This document shows positions 25,284-36,295 of a stretch of DNA of 64,000 bases, in pieces (positions within the stretch are counted from its first letter, which is position 1; each line of letters opens with the position of its first letter). Under the pieces are notes generated by a model that was given only the letters and a program-made list of their open reading frames with translations, ran no database searches and was not told where the DNA came from. The translations under genes and the position numbers were made by a program. The stretch covers positions 211,798-275,797 of the forward strand of contig NZ_JBNGZE010000002.1 of assembly GCF_052049855.1 (NCBI RefSeq), given 5' to 3'. This DNA comes from Candidatus Pelagibacter sp. GTDB taxonomy: Bacteria; Pseudomonadota; Alphaproteobacteria; Pelagibacterales; Pelagibacteraceae.

Positions 25284-26302
25284 TTTAATCCAATCGTTTC
25301 AGAAAAATTAAATTTATTATTCAGATTTTGTATAGCTTGACCTGCTCCACCTTTAATCAAATTATCAATAGCAGATAAAATGATTATTTTATTGCTGTAT
25401 TTAGATTTGCAAACTGAAATATAACAATTATTAGTATTTATTACATTATTGGTGCTTAACAATGTGCCAGACTTTAATATTTTTACAAAACTTTCATTTT
25501 TATAAAAACTATTTAATGTTTTTAATACTTTAATTTGTGAAATATTATTTTCTAAATCAACATATATAGTACTAAGAATACCTCTAAACATTGGTGATAA
25601 GTGAGGAGTAAAATTAAATTGAAATTTTTTCTTAGTAAATTTTCTTAACATTTGATCTATTTCAGAATTGTGACGATGAAAACCGACACCGTAAGCACTC
25701 AAAGACTGATATAGATTTTTATTTTTATATTTTTTATGAACTCCTCTACCAGCACCTGAGTATCCAGATTTTGAATCAATTATAATATTATTAAATTTAA
25801 TTAAATTTTTTTTAAATAAAGGAAATAGAGGAAGCAATATTGATGTTGGATAACATCCTGGACATGAAATAATATTATATTTTTTAATCTCTTTTCTATT
25901 AATTTCAGGAAGTAAATAAATACTTTTTTTTATTAAATTAGTTGCTCGATGTTTTTGTTTATACCACTTTAAATAATCTGAAGCTTTTTCTAATCTAAAA
26001 TCTGCAGCAAGATCTATTAAAGTATGATTTTTGCTTAAATGTTTAGATATATCCTGTGCTTCCCCATTTGGAAGTGCTGTAAAAATAACATGAACGTCTT
26101 TTAATAATTTTTTATTAAATTTTATAATTTTTGGTAATTTATATTTAGATAAAGATTTATCGTAAAATTTGACGTGTTTACCCACAGAAGAGTTTCCGCA
26201 AAGGTATTTAATATTAATATATTTGTGTCTAACTAATAATTTAATTAATTGAACACCAATATATCCAGTTGATCCAGCAACTAATGCGTTTAGCTTAGAC
26301 AT
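25280..26302 (-). CDS. argC: N-acetyl-gamma-glutamyl-phosphate reductase
   Basis: GSTGYIG, CPGCYPT, SGYSGAGR, HRHNSEI, DNLIKGGAGQA. Confidence 0.95.
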   Translation of the reverse strand: MSKLNALVAGSTGYIGVQLIKLLVRHKYINIKYLCGNSSVGKHVKFYDKSLSKYKLPKIIKFNKKLLKDVHVIFTALPNGEAQDISKHLSKNHTLIDLAADFRLEKASDYLKWYKQKHRATNLIKKSIYLLPEINRKEIKKYNIISCPGCYPTSILLPLFPLFKKNLIKFNNIIIDSKSGYSGAGRGVHKKYKNKNLYQSLSAYGVGFHRHNSEIDQMLRKFTKKKFQFNFTPHLSPMFRGILSTIYVDLENNISQIKVLKTLNSFYKNESFVKILKSGTLLSTNNVINTNNCYISVCKSKYSNKIIILSAIDNLIKGGAGQAIQNLNNKFNFSETIGLK

Positions 26303-26335
26303 TTTTTATTATAACAGTTAAAAATTAAAAAAAAA

Positions 26336-26773
26336 TTATCTTTTAGAGAATTGGAAGCTTCTTCTAGCTTTTCTTCTACCAGGTTTTTTTCTTTCAACTG
26401 CCCTTGAGTCTCTGGTGGTAAGTTTCTCTGTTTTTAAGGTGGCTTTTAGATTTTCATCAAATAATACTAAAGCTTTTGAAATACCGTGAACCATAGCCCC
26501 TGCTTGGCCTGTAGGTCCTCCTCCTTTTACACTACATCTTACATCATAATTAGTAGCCTGATTAATAATCTCAAAAGGTCTTGTAATTTGCATTTTATGA
26601 GTTTCGTCAGCAAAATAATCACTAAATAATTTACCATTTACATAAATTTTGCCTGAACCTTTTTTTAACCAAACTTTTGCGATTGATGTTTTTCTTCTAC
26701 CAGTTGCGTATTTACTATCTTTAAAATCTAATTTTAATTTTGGAGATTTTGATGCTGATTGAGTATTTTCCAT
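26336..26773 (-). CDS. rpsI: 30S ribosomal protein S9
   Basis: ATGRRK, GGGPTGQAGA, ERKKPG, FSKR. Confidence 0.97.
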   Translation of the reverse strand: MENTQSASKSPKLKLDFKDSKYATGRRKTSIAKVWLKKGSGKIYVNGKLFSDYFADETHKMQITRPFEIINQATNYDVRCSVKGGGPTGQAGAMVHGISKALVLFDENLKATLKTEKLTTRDSRAVERKKPGRRKARRSFQFSKR

Positions 26774-26774
26774 C

Positions 26775-27233
26775 TTAGTTTCTAGCTATATTTTTACTAT
26801 TTAATTTATCTAACTCTATTATAGTTGGATTTTGTGCTGAATGCGGGTGATCATTTCCTGCATAAATTTTTAATTTTGTTAATTGTTTTCTACCTAATAC
26901 TCCACCAGGTAACATTCTTTTAACTGCCATTTTTAAAGTTTCTCCAGGTTTTTTTTCATGAAGTTTCTCAGGTGTTGTAACTTTAATTCCACCTGGATGA
27001 CCAGTGTGTCTGTAATATTTTTTATCTTGAAATTTTTTTCCAGTAAATTTTGCTTGTTCAATATTTTTAACAACAACAAAGTCACCATCATCCATATGAG
27101 GTGTGTATGTAGTTTTGTTTTTACCTCTTATGATATTGGAAACAACAGTTGCTAATCTTCCAACTACTGCATTTTTCGCATCTATTTCATACCAAGATGA
27201 AGCTAATTGGTCTTTTTTAGTGAATTTTGTCAT
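26775..27233 (-). CDS. rplM: 50S ribosomal protein L13
   Basis: W..IDA...GRLA, YTPHMDDGD, YYRHTGHPGG, MLP. Confidence 0.97.
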   Translation of the reverse strand: MTKFTKKDQLASSWYEIDAKNAVVGRLATVVSNIIRGKNKTTYTPHMDDGDFVVVKNIEQAKFTGKKFQDKKYYRHTGHPGGIKVTTPEKLHEKKPGETLKMAVKRMLPGGVLGRKQLTKLKIYAGNDHPHSAQNPTIIELDKLNSKNIARN

Positions 27234-27313
27234 TGTGCGAGGATTAATACTATTAATAATTACAAAGTCAATTTTATATTTAGCTTGAATTATGTAGCTT
27301 ATATGCTAAAAAA

Positions 27314-27360
27314 TACCTGCCGATTTGATCCTATTGCGGGCTTATAACTGCTAAAAAGGA
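27314..27360 (+). ncRNA. SAM-II-like riboswitch aptamer
   Basis: GCC-GATTTGA-TCCTA-TTGC-GGGC...GCTAAAAA-GGA carries the SAM-II GAUUU, UUGC and GCUAAA elements; TCCT/AGGA pseudoknot pairing; P1 is only about 3 bp. Confidence 0.6.
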
Positions 27361-27386
27361 AATTTCATAAAATTAATAAAATCGGT

Positions 27387-27443
27387 AGGCATTTGAACTG
27401 TATTGTGCGCCTAACATAATGTTAAAGCACTAAAAAAGGAGTA
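27387..27443 (+). ncRNA. SAM-V riboswitch aptamer overlapping the metY ribosome-binding site
   Basis: AGGC-ATTTGAACTG-TATTGTGC-GCCT...AAAGCACTAAAAAAGGAG; P1 AGGC/GCCT; GTGC/GCAC pairing; AAGGAG Shine-Dalgarno just before ATG 27446. Confidence 0.88.
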
Positions 27444-27445
27444 AA

Positions 27446-28774
27446 ATGACAAAAAAAAGAAATAACCCTGAAACTATTGCAATACATGGTGGTGACTATA
27501 GGAGTGATCCAGCTACGAACGCTGTAGCAGTTCCTATTTATAGAACAACATCATACCAATTTAACAACACAGATCACGCTGCTAACCTTTTCGCTCTTAA
27601 AGAATTTGGTAACATTTATACTCGTATAATGAACCCTACAAATGATGTCCTGGAAAAAAGGGTTGCTGCTCTTGAAGGAGGTCTGTCATGTGTAACTGTA
27701 TCTTCAGGTCAAACTGCTTCAACGTTTGCTGTATTAAATGTAGCCCAAGCTGGTGATAATATAGTGAGCTCAACCGATCTTTATGGTGGAACAGTATCTT
27801 TATTCACACATACACTTAGCAAACTTGGGATAGAGATAAGATATGCAGATCCAAGTAATCCTGAAAATTTTGAAAAGTTAATAGATGATAAAACTAGAGC
27901 TTTTTATGGTGAGACCTTACCAAATCCATATTTAAGGGTATTTCCAATAAAGGAAGTTTCTGACATTGGAAGAAAATATAACATACCACTAATAATTGAT
28001 AATACAGCTGCACCAGTAATATGCAGACCGATTGAACATGGAGCTGCAGTAGTAATTCACTCACTTACAAAATATGTAGGCGGACATGGTACAGCGGTTG
28101 CAGGAAGTATAGTTGATAGTGGTAACTTTGATTGGACCGCAGATCCCATAAGACAACCTTTATTTAATGAACCAGATGCAAGTTATGGTGGTGTTGTTTG
28201 GGGAAAAGCTGTACCGGAATTAACTGGTGCTAATGTCCCCTTCGCGGTTAGAGCAAGAGTTTGTTTATTGAGAGATTTGGGGTCTGCTCTAGCTCCAGAT
28301 AATGCTTTTGCAATAATTCAAGGACTTGAAACAGTTGCCTTAAGAATGAGACAACATTGCGCTAATGCTGAGTATGTAGTTGATTTCCTAAAAAAACATA
28401 AAGAAGTAACAAAAGTTATTTATTCTACCGAACACGATAAACCTATTGCTGATAGAGCAAAAAAATATCTCAAAGGTGGAAATGGACCTATGATTGGTAT
28501 CGAACTTAAAGGTGGAATTGAGGCTGGTAAAAAATTTATTGAGTCTTTAAAGATGTTCTATCACGTAGCTAATATTGGTGATGCTAGAAGTTTAGCAATT
28601 CATCCAGCAAGTACAACTCATAGTCAATTAAATGAGAAAGAATTAGCTGCATCAGGTGTTACACAAAGTTATGTAAGACTTTGTATAGGTATTGAACACA
28701 TTGATGATATTATTGAGGATCTTGATCAAGCATTAAATAAATCTTCAAAAGGTAATTTAAAAGCTGTAAGCTAA
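27446..28774 (+). CDS. metY: O-acetylhomoserine aminocarboxypropyltransferase
   Basis: IYTRIMNPT, SSGQ, HSLTKYVGGHG (PLP Lys), ANIGDARSL, HPASTTH. Confidence 0.93.
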   Translation: MTKKRNNPETIAIHGGDYRSDPATNAVAVPIYRTTSYQFNNTDHAANLFALKEFGNIYTRIMNPTNDVLEKRVAALEGGLSCVTVSSGQTASTFAVLNVAQAGDNIVSSTDLYGGTVSLFTHTLSKLGIEIRYADPSNPENFEKLIDDKTRAFYGETLPNPYLRVFPIKEVSDIGRKYNIPLIIDNTAAPVICRPIEHGAAVVIHSLTKYVGGHGTAVAGSIVDSGNFDWTADPIRQPLFNEPDASYGGVVWGKAVPELTGANVPFAVRARVCLLRDLGSALAPDNAFAIIQGLETVALRMRQHCANAEYVVDFLKKHKEVTKVIYSTEHDKPIADRAKKYLKGGNGPMIGIELKGGIEAGKKFIESLKMFYHVANIGDARSLAIHPASTTHSQLNEKELAASGVTQSYVRLCIGIEHIDDIIEDLDQALNKSSKGNLKAVS

Positions 28775-28802
28775 TTTAAGTTTTAATGTCTAAAAATAGA
28801 AA

Positions 28803-29828
28803 CTAATAATTAGGCTCCTTATATTTTACAATATAAAGAAAATACAAAGTTGAAAGTATTATTAAAATAGAATTTATCTGGTGTAGAGATGCATAAATCA
28901 TTTTTACTCCAGATAAAATTGTAAGAACTCCCAAAACAATTTGAAACAATATAGAAATACCAATAATGAAGATTGGAATTCTTAAATTTATATTTCCATT
29001 TTTTAAAACAAAATAAAGTATGTAAAAATATATTATAACAATTAAATATGCTAAATTTCTATGTATAAATTGAACAAGTGATTGATCATCAAATACTGTG
29101 AGATTAAACAAATCATTGATTACGCTGTCATCCGGGAAATATGATGAGCCCATTAAAGGCCAAGTATTATAAATTTTTCCTGCATCCATCCCAGACACAA
29201 ATGCTCCAATTATTAATTGTAAAAATAATAATAAAAGAAAAAATTTAATTGGGTTTAATTGAATATTAATATGATTAATTTTTATATCAGTTAGATTTAA
29301 ATATTTCCAAAAAACTATAGACAAAATTATAAAAGCTGTAACCAAGTGTAGTGATAACCTATAATGACTAACATCAATTCTATCAATTAATCCACTTGAT
29401 ACCATGTACCATCCAATAAATCCTTGAAAACACACTAAGAAAAAAATAATTGAATATTCCTTTAAAATCCAAAAACCATTTTTAATTGTAAAATAGATCA
29501 TTGGAAAAAGAACAGTTAAACCAATTAATCTCCCCAATTGACGATGCGCCCATTCCCACCAAAAAATAATTTTAAATTCATTTAAAGTCATATTAAAATT
29601 TTGCTCTTTAAATTCAGGTATTGTTTTATAAAGATCAAAATATTCTATCCATTTATCATTTGTTAAAGGGGGTAATGAACCAATAAAAAGTTCCCAACTA
29701 GTAATAGATAATCCAGAGTCTGTTAATCTAGTTAGACCCCCTACTAAAATAATAAGCACGATCATCACTAATAAAGTGATCATCCATATTTTTAATTGAG
29801 AATTTAAAGAATAATTCTGACTGTACAT
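28803..29828 (-). CDS. ctaA: Heme A synthase (COX15/CtaA)
   Basis: VGGLTRLTDSGLSITSW, EWAHRQLGR, GWYMVSSG, QFIHR, LHQ. Confidence 0.93.
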   Translation of the reverse strand: MYSQNYSLNSQLKIWMITLLVMIVLIILVGGLTRLTDSGLSITSWELFIGSLPPLTNDKWIEYFDLYKTIPEFKEQNFNMTLNEFKIIFWWEWAHRQLGRLIGLTVLFPMIYFTIKNGFWILKEYSIIFFLVCFQGFIGWYMVSSGLIDRIDVSHYRLSLHLVTAFIILSIVFWKYLNLTDIKINHINIQLNPIKFFLLLLFLQLIIGAFVSGMDAGKIYNTWPLMGSSYFPDDSVINDLFNLTVFDDQSLVQFIHRNLAYLIVIIYFYILYFVLKNGNINLRIPIFIIGISILFQIVLGVLTILSGVKMIYASLHQINSILIILSTLYFLYIVKYKEPNY

Positions 29829-29871
29829 GATTAAATAAATATAATAATTATTAATTAAACCAATAAATTAA

Positions 29872-30162
29872 ATGTCGCCTAAAAACAAAAAAAAATTAAA
29901 AATAATAAGAAACAAACTAGATAAGTTAGATAATAAGTTGTTATTATTGATTAGATATAGAACAAATCTTGTAAAAGAAGTTTTAAAGCTTAAAGAATTT
30001 AAAAGGGAAATAGTTGATAAAAAGCGTATAAATTTTATACTTAAAAAAATTCACTCAAAATCAAAAAAACTAAAAATTGATCCCAAAATTACTAATCGGA
30101 TATGGAAAAATATGATTTTGTCATATATCGATTTTGAAAAGAGAAACTTTAAAAAAAAGTAA
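29872..30162 (+). CDS. Stand-alone chorismate mutase (AroQ/CM_2)
   Basis: IRNKLDKLD..LL.LI..R...V..V..LK...IVD..R pattern; 96 aa. Confidence 0.8.
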   Translation: MSPKNKKKLKIIRNKLDKLDNKLLLLIRYRTNLVKEVLKLKEFKREIVDKKRINFILKKIHSKSKKLKIDPKITNRIWKNMILSYIDFEKRNFKKK

Positions 30163-30354
30163 TTACTTACTATGAGGTGGAAGCTTCTTTTCTACAAACA
30201 TTTCATGTTTTCTTGTATCTGGATTATATTTTTTTGCTGAAAGTTTTACTTTAGCTTTTTCACCTCCAGCTGGTTTTTTAACATAATAAAAATAGGGACT
30301 ATCTGGTTTCGCCTCAGGAACCATTCTTACTTTAACGTGTGTCTTTTTTGCCAT
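30163..30354 (-). CDS. rpmG: 50S ribosomal protein L33
   Basis: MAKK..VKVRM, YYVKK, KKYNPDTRKHEMFVEKK. Confidence 0.9.
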   Translation of the reverse strand: MAKKTHVKVRMVPEAKPDSPYFYYVKKPAGGEKAKVKLSAKKYNPDTRKHEMFVEKKLPPHSK

Positions 30355-30715
30355 TTTTTAATTCTTTTAATTTATTTGAAATTTTTATTAACTTATTTCT
30401 TAAATTTTCTGTTCTTATAGATTTATCTGCAATTTCGTCAAGCTTTAAAGAATCTTCATTATTTAAGATTTTTTTTACCCCGTTTATTGTCATACCTTGT
30501 TCTTTAAGTAAAAATTTAATTTTTTTTAAAAGATTTATTGTTTTCTCATCATAATATCTTCTATTGGAATTTAATATTTTTGGTTTAATTTGTTTAAATT
30601 GAGTTTCCCAAAATCTAATGACATGTGTTGGTAAAGCTCCTTTATCATTTGATTTAAAATTTAATATTTTAGCAACTTCACCAATTGTTTTATAAGCAGT
30701 ATCTGATTTATCCAT
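30332..30715 (-). CDS. MerR-family transcriptional regulator
   Basis: AYKTIGEVA, HVIRFWETQF, RRYY, MTINGVKK; follows ihfA. Start set at ATG 30715. Confidence 0.88.
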   Translation of the reverse strand: MDKSDTAYKTIGEVAKILNFKSNDKGALPTHVIRFWETQFKQIKPKILNSNRRYYDEKTINLLKKIKFLLKEQGMTINGVKKILNNEDSLKLDEIADKSIRTENLRNKLIKISNKLKELKNGKKDTR

Positions 30716-31007
30716 TATCCTTAAAATTAATAAAATCTTTAAATTCTTTTGATGGTTTAAATAAAACGACATCTCTACTTGAAATAACTTTTGTTTCTTT
30801 TGTCTTAGGATTTCTTCCAATCCTAGATTTTTTTTGTCTTATAGAAAAAGTTCCAAATTTAGACAATTTTAATTTTTTTTCCTCTTTAATATTAGATACA
30901 ATTGTTGATAAAAAATCTTCAATTAAATTTTCAGATATTTGTTTAGAAAAACCAAGCTGCATATAAACCAAATTAACTAAGTCTTTTTTAGTTAAATTAA
31001 TTCTCAT
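30708..31007 (-). CDS. ihfA: Integration host factor alpha
   Basis: LTKKDL, KLSKFGTF, RIGRNPKT, VLFKPS. Confidence 0.9.
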   Translation of the reverse strand: MRINLTKKDLVNLVYMQLGFSKQISENLIEDFLSTIVSNIKEEKKLKLSKFGTFSIRQKKSRIGRNPKTKETKVISSRDVVLFKPSKEFKDFINFKDNG

Positions 31008-31008
31008 A

Positions 31009-32010
31009 TTAAATATTTTGCTTGATCTTTTCTATCAAATTACCTTTAACAATTCTATGACAAACATCTAGCGAGTTTGAAAAACCAATATAATCAGTTC
31101 CTCCATGACTTTTAACAACTGGAGAGTCTAATCCAATAAATATTGCACCATTATACAATCTTGGATCTAGTCTTTTCTTAAATTTCTTTAAATTTGATAT
31201 ATTTAAGAAGGATGAAATTTTACCCAATAGTGTGCCGGTCATAGCGTTCTTTAATTCACTTGTTATAAAATTTGCTGTACCTTCTGCAGTTTTTAACGCA
31301 ACATTTCCTGTAAAACCATCTGAAACTATTACATTTACATCTCCATCCATAAGATGATTACCTTCGATGTATCCTGCAAAATTATAATTATCTGATTTTT
31401 TTTCATTTAATAGCTGGTAAGTTTCTTTGATTGTCTCATTTCCTTTTAATTCTTCTGAACCAATATTTAATAATGCTACGTTTGGTTTGTCATTTGGATA
31501 AAGCGATGTATATAAAGAAGTACCCATTATTGAAAAGTCTAGTAGATTTTTTGAACTACACTCGATATTTGCACCTAAATCTAATACCACACTCATTCCT
31601 TTTTTATTTGGCCATAATGCAGACAAAGCAGGTTTATCTATATTTTCGATCATTTTTAAATTTAATTTTGAGACAACTAATAATGCGCCTGTATTACCAG
31701 CTGATATTACTATATCAGCTTCCTTATTCTTAACACTTTGAATAGCAAGCCACATACTTGTATCCTTACCTCTTTTGGCTCCTTCTAGAGGACTATCGGT
31801 ACTTTCAATTTTTTTTTCTGTATGAATTATTTCAAAAAATTTACTTGAGATTTTTCCATTAATTAATGGATCTATTTTATTTTTATCTCCAAATATTTTA
31901 AAAAAATTATTTTTATTTGAAGAATTGTTAAAAATAATCCCGTCTATTATTTTTTTTGGTGAACCATCACCACCCATTGCATCCACTGCAATTTTTATCA
32001 TATCTGACAT
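31009..32010 (-). CDS. plsX: Phosphate acyltransferase PlsX
   Basis: IAVDAMGGD, SAGNTGAL, LDLGAN, DGFTGNVALKTAEG, VKSHG. Confidence 0.96.
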   Translation of the reverse strand: MSDMIKIAVDAMGGDGSPKKIIDGIIFNNSSNKNNFFKIFGDKNKIDPLINGKISSKFFEIIHTEKKIESTDSPLEGAKRGKDTSMWLAIQSVKNKEADIVISAGNTGALLVVSKLNLKMIENIDKPALSALWPNKKGMSVVLDLGANIECSSKNLLDFSIMGTSLYTSLYPNDKPNVALLNIGSEELKGNETIKETYQLLNEKKSDNYNFAGYIEGNHLMDGDVNVIVSDGFTGNVALKTAEGTANFITSELKNAMTGTLLGKISSFLNISNLKKFKKRLDPRLYNGAIFIGLDSPVVKSHGGTDYIGFSNSLDVCHRIVKGNLIEKIKQNI

Positions 32011-32029
32011 TTTAATAGATTATACTATA

Positions 32030-32212
32030 CTATTCTTTTGGGTCTAAAACTTGTCTTCCCTTATACATGCCTGTTTTAAGGTCTAGATGATGAGAAAGCC
32101 TATATTCACCAGATTTTTTATCCTCAACTATATTTTTAGTTGAAAATTTCATTGTCTGAGCCCTTCTCATTCCAGTTCTGGATGGGGTTTGTTTTCGTTT
32201 TGGTACTGCCAT
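32030..32212 (-). CDS. rpmF: 50S ribosomal protein L32
   Basis: [20 protein letters not shown]. Confidence 0.95.
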   Translation of the reverse strand: MAVPKRKQTPSRTGMRRAQTMKFSTKNIVEDKKSGEYRLSHHLDLKTGMYKGRQVLDPKE

Positions 32213-32214
32213 AA

Positions 32215-32682
32215 TTATGCGTTACTTACACTTTTTAAATAAGAATTCAAAGTTTTTTTTGATAAATTTGAGTTAAATTCCTCAAAATAATCTAGCAAAT
32301 CATCAATATTTTGGAAATCATTCAAAAAAAGTGAAAATTTTTTAATTTTTTCTAATCTTGAAAGACTGTCCCAGAAGTGAATTTCAGAAACCATTGAGTG
32401 AAATAAATTTATGTAGTCTTTCATTTTTTTGTTTATTGATTGATCTCCATATCCAATTTCTCTAATACTTAATTCTAATTGTCTAAAGTTAAAATCATAA
32501 ATTTCTTGTAAGACTTTCTTATTTTCCTCGTTTTTGAAATTTTTTAAAAAAAAAGAAAAATGTAATAAAAACAATGTTAAACGATCAGAAAAACTATCCT
32601 CTCTACCAAGATTCTTGTATAGATCTTTATTTCTAGTGAAATTAATTAAATTGTTATAAATATGTATATATTTATTATTCAT
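32215..32682 (-). CDS. Ubiquinol-cytochrome c chaperone (Cbp3-like)
   Basis: DSFSDR..L..LH, LREIGYGD.SI.KKMK; divergent from bamE. Confidence 0.82.
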   Translation of the reverse strand: MNNKYIHIYNNLINFTRNKDLYKNLGREDSFSDRLTLFLLHFSFFLKNFKNEENKKVLQEIYDFNFRQLELSIREIGYGDQSINKKMKDYINLFHSMVSEIHFWDSLSRLEKIKKFSLFLNDFQNIDDLLDYFEEFNSNLSKKTLNSYLKSVSNA

Positions 32683-33166
32683 GTTTAAGATATTATATAT
32701 AATTATTTTCTCAATAATAGTTGCAAATTGCTCTTTTAAACCAGTTGTAAAACATCATGGTGTTCCATTTTTAGAAAAGAAACAAACTTCTCTCGTTGTA
32801 AACGTAAGTAACAAAAATGATATTAAAGAAATCCTAGGTTTGCCATCAACTAAAAGTAAATTTGACAACGATGTGTGGATATATATTGAGAGAAAACAAA
32901 CACAATCAAATATTAAAAATTTAGGAAAAATGAAAATTTTTCAAAATAACGTCTTGGTTTTAGAATTAGACAATTATGGCATTTTAAAAAAGAAAAAGTT
33001 CTATAACAAAGATGACATGGAAAATATCAAAATAGTTAGCAATACAACGGAAGCAGGTTTTAGAAAAAATTCATTTATTTATGACTTCATGTCAAGTATG
33101 AGACAAAAGATTAATGACCCTCTTGGTCAGAGGGCCAAAAAACGTAAACAAATTAACCAGCAATAA
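32681..33166 (+). CDS. bamE: Outer membrane protein assembly lipoprotein BamE
   Basis: Lipobox VANC; ILGLPST, WIYI. Confidence 0.85.
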   Translation: MFKILYIIIFSIIVANCSFKPVVKHHGVPFLEKKQTSLVVNVSNKNDIKEILGLPSTKSKFDNDVWIYIERKQTQSNIKNLGKMKIFQNNVLVLELDNYGILKKKKFYNKDDMENIKIVSNTTEAGFRKNSFIYDFMSSMRQKINDPLGQRAKKRKQINQQ

Positions 33167-35258
33167 CAGCTAGTAGTAAAAGAGCTACAATATTTGTTAT
33201 TTTAATCATTGGGTTTACTGCTGGGCCAGCTGTGTCTTTATAAGGATCTCCAACAGTATCACCTGTAACGGCTGCTTTATGTGCCTCAGAACCTTTTCCA
33301 CCATGATTACCATCTTCTATATACTTTTTAGCATTATCCCAGGCACCACCACCTGCAGTCATTGATACTGCAACAAACAAACCTGTGATAATAACACCAA
33401 GTAACATTGCACCAACTGCAGCTAGGGCAGCAACTTGTCCACCAATAGATAGAATTATAAAATATAAAACAACAGGAGATAAAACTGGTAATAGTGATGG
33501 TATAATCATTTCCTTAATAGCAGCTACAGTAAGTAAATCTACTAATTTTGCATAATCAGGTTTTTGTTTTCTTTTCATAATACCAGGGAATTTTTTAAAT
33601 TGTCTTCTTACTTCAACAACGACTGCACCACCGGCTCTTCCAACAGCTTGCATTCCCATGGAGCCAAAAAGATAAGGTAACATCCCACCAATTAATAAAC
33701 CAACTACTACGTAAGGGTTAGATAAATCAAAGGTCACTACAATACCTTCTAATGCGGATCCTGCCTCTTTTGAAAAATGCTTGATGTCCTCAGTGTATGC
33801 AGCGAATAAAACTAAAGCACCTAATCCAGCAGAACCAATTGCATAGCCTTTTGTAACGGCTTTTGTAGTATTTCCTACTGCATCTAAAGCATCAGTTGTT
33901 TTTCTAACTTTTTTATCAAGATTAGACATTTCAGCAATACCACCAGCATTATCAGTTACAGGTCCGTATGCATCTAAAGCAACAACCATACCTGCTAAAG
34001 CAAGCATTGTAGTAACAGCAATAGCAATACCAAAAAGTCCTGCAATTGAGTTTGTAATAAGAATACCAGCAACAATTATCAAAGCAGGAATAGCAGTTGC
34101 TTCCATTGAAACTGCTAATCCTTGAATCACGTTAGTACCATGTCCAGTTGTTGATGATAATGCAACAGATTTAACAGGTCTATAACTTGTTCCAGTATAG
34201 TATTCAGTTATCCAGATCAATAATCCAGTTATAACTAACCCTATAACACCACAATAATATAAATCCATTCCATTAAAAGTTTTATCATTTACTGTAAATT
34301 CATTTGTAAAACCAATTACGTGATCTGTAACTGGCCATAATATTACTAATGAAGCTACTGCAGAAACAACAAATCCTTTATACAAGGCGTTCATAACATT
34401 ATTACTTCTACCAAGTTTAACAAAAAATGTTCCAACAATTGATGTTAGTAAGCATGCTGCACCAATAGATAAAGGGTAAATCATCATATTAAGATCACCA
34501 ACAAAGAAAATTGAAGACAAAACCATTGTTGCAACAATTGTAACAGCATAAGTTTCAAATAAATCTGCAGCCATACCTGCACAATCTCCTACGTTATCTC
34601 CAACGTTATCTGCGATTACAGCAGGGTTTCTAGGATCATCTTCAGGTATTCCCGCTTCAACTTTTCCAACTAAATCGGCACCAACATCAGCACCTTTTGT
34701 AAAAATTCCCCCACCTAATCTTGCAAAAATTGAGATTAATGATGCACCAAAACCTAATGCAACTAAAGCATTTACAATTTCTCTTTCATCTACATTAGAC
34801 TTTAATAAAATATAATAATAAACTGCTATAGATAATAATGCTAAACCAGCAACCAACATTCCAGTAACAGCACCAGATTTAAATGCAACAGAAAGACCTT
34901 GGGCTAAGCCTTTTCTTGATGCTTCCGCTGTCCTTACGTTTGCCTCTACAGAAACTAACATTCCCACATAGCCCGCAATACCTGACAAAGCAGCACCTAT
35001 TAAATAACCCAGACCTACTAGAGGACTAAATGCAATACTTACGATTACTAAAACTACAGCACCAACAATAGCTATAGTTTTGTATTGTCTTGCCAAATAT
35101 GCTTTTGCACCAATTTGAATTGCAGCTGCAATATCTTGCATTTTTGCATTTCCTGCACTTGAATTTAGAATATTTTTACCAGTTAAAAATCCATAAACGA
35201 TAGATAATAAACCAGCTCCGATTGTGTATAATAGTATTGTTTCAACTGTTCCGCTCAT
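33153..35258 (-). CDS. hppA: Membrane-bound H+-translocating pyrophosphatase, K+-independent signature
   Basis: [30 protein letters not shown] (Lys form), [11 protein letters not shown]. Start set at ATG 35258. Confidence 0.95.
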   Translation of the reverse strand: MSGTVETILLYTIGAGLLSIVYGFLTGKNILNSSAGNAKMQDIAAAIQIGAKAYLARQYKTIAIVGAVVLVIVSIAFSPLVGLGYLIGAALSGIAGYVGMLVSVEANVRTAEASRKGLAQGLSVAFKSGAVTGMLVAGLALLSIAVYYYILLKSNVDEREIVNALVALGFGASLISIFARLGGGIFTKGADVGADLVGKVEAGIPEDDPRNPAVIADNVGDNVGDCAGMAADLFETYAVTIVATMVLSSIFFVGDLNMMIYPLSIGAACLLTSIVGTFFVKLGRSNNVMNALYKGFVVSAVASLVILWPVTDHVIGFTNEFTVNDKTFNGMDLYYCGVIGLVITGLLIWITEYYTGTSYRPVKSVALSSTTGHGTNVIQGLAVSMEATAIPALIIVAGILITNSIAGLFGIAIAVTTMLALAGMVVALDAYGPVTDNAGGIAEMSNLDKKVRKTTDALDAVGNTTKAVTKGYAIGSAGLGALVLFAAYTEDIKHFSKEAGSALEGIVVTFDLSNPYVVVGLLIGGMLPYLFGSMGMQAVGRAGGAVVVEVRRQFKKFPGIMKRKQKPDYAKLVDLLTVAAIKEMIIPSLLPVLSPVVLYFIILSIGGQVAALAAVGAMLLGVIITGLFVAVSMTAGGGAWDNAKKYIEDGNHGGKGSEAHKAAVTGDTVGDPYKDTAGPAVNPMIKITNIVALLLLAVIAG

Positions 35259-35335
35259 ATTAACCTTAAGTTGTTGGTTGTTAAATTTTAAGCCCGCACA
35301 ATACAAAAAAAGATAGAAAAGACAACGATTAACTT

Positions 35336-36295
35336 CTAAAACTGATGAATATAACCTTTAGATTTAGCTTGTATTTGCTTGCCTTTTTCATCAAATATCA
35401 ATGATCTGTCCTTACCAGATATAATTTTTCCAATTTTAGTTATTTTAATTCCAGTTGTTTTAGAAGCGTGTTGAATGATTCTAGCTTTATTAACATCTGC
35501 AGTAAATAAAACTTGATAATCATCTCCGTTAGAAATTAGATTAATTTTATTTAATCTTTGTTTTTTAATTAAATTACTCAGTTTTTTAGAAACAGGGATT
35601 TTGTTTTCGAATAAGTGAAAAGATAAAGTTTGTCTATTTATCATTTTTAACAAATCATCAATTAATCCATCTGAAACATCAATCGAACTATTAGCAAATT
35701 TTAATAAATATTTTGATAAATTTATAGGTAAGTTTGGTTTATAATATTTGTCTACGAAGAATAATTTATCTTTATTTTTAATTTTAGCTTTATTACTTAA
35801 TACTTTTAATCCGAAATAGCTATCACCCAAATTTCCAGTAACATAAATATCATCATTTAATTTAGCTTTATTACGATAAATTATTTTATTCGAATATCCC
35901 ATTGATATAATTGTAAAACTTAGTTTATTTGAAAAAGTTGTATCTCCACCACATAAATCAATATTAAATTTATTTTGTTCTGATTTAAGTGACTTTGAAA
36001 TTTTATATAAATTTTTTTTTGTAAATGTTTTTTTATTACCAGAACCAGAAATAAAATAAAACTTTGGTTTTACACCTTTGCAAATTAAATCAGAAATTGA
36101 TGACCTTAATATTTTTTTAATTACTAAATCTGGGTATTTAAAATCAATAAAATGAGTACCAATATTATATGTGTCAACAGATATTACAACACCTCTTTTT
36201 TTATCAAAAAACACATCGTCATTAAGATTAAGAGCAAATTTATTTTTTTTAGCTAATTTAAAAAAATAATTATTTATTAAATCAAATTCATACAT
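35336..36295 (-). CDS. thiL: Thiamine-monophosphate kinase
   Basis: [29 protein letters not shown]. Confidence 0.92.
   Translation of the reverse strand: MYEFDLINNYFFKLAKKNKFALNLNDDVFFDKKRGVVISVDTYNIGTHFIDFKYPDLVIKKILRSSISDLICKGVKPKFYFISGSGNKKTFTKKNLYKISKSLKSEQNKFNIDLCGGDTTFSNKLSFTIISMGYSNKIIYRNKAKLNDDIYVTGNLGDSYFGLKVLSNKAKIKNKDKLFFVDKYYKPNLPINLSKYLLKFANSSIDVSDGLIDDLLKMINRQTLSFHLFENKIPVSKKLSNLIKKQRLNKINLISNGDDYQVLFTADVNKARIIQHASKTTGIKITKIGKIISGKDRSLIFDEKGKQIQAKSKGYIHQF

Noticed and set aside
27404-27427. GTGCGC...TAATGTTAAA resembling E. coli dif
   Set aside because: Half-sites are only 2 bp apart instead of 6, and the sequence is fully explained by the SAM-V aptamer.
30716-30820. Long N-terminal extensions in the ORF track (MerR, ribD, hppA, folK, soxA)
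   Set aside because: They run through neighbouring genes; downstream starts match the family N-termini better.
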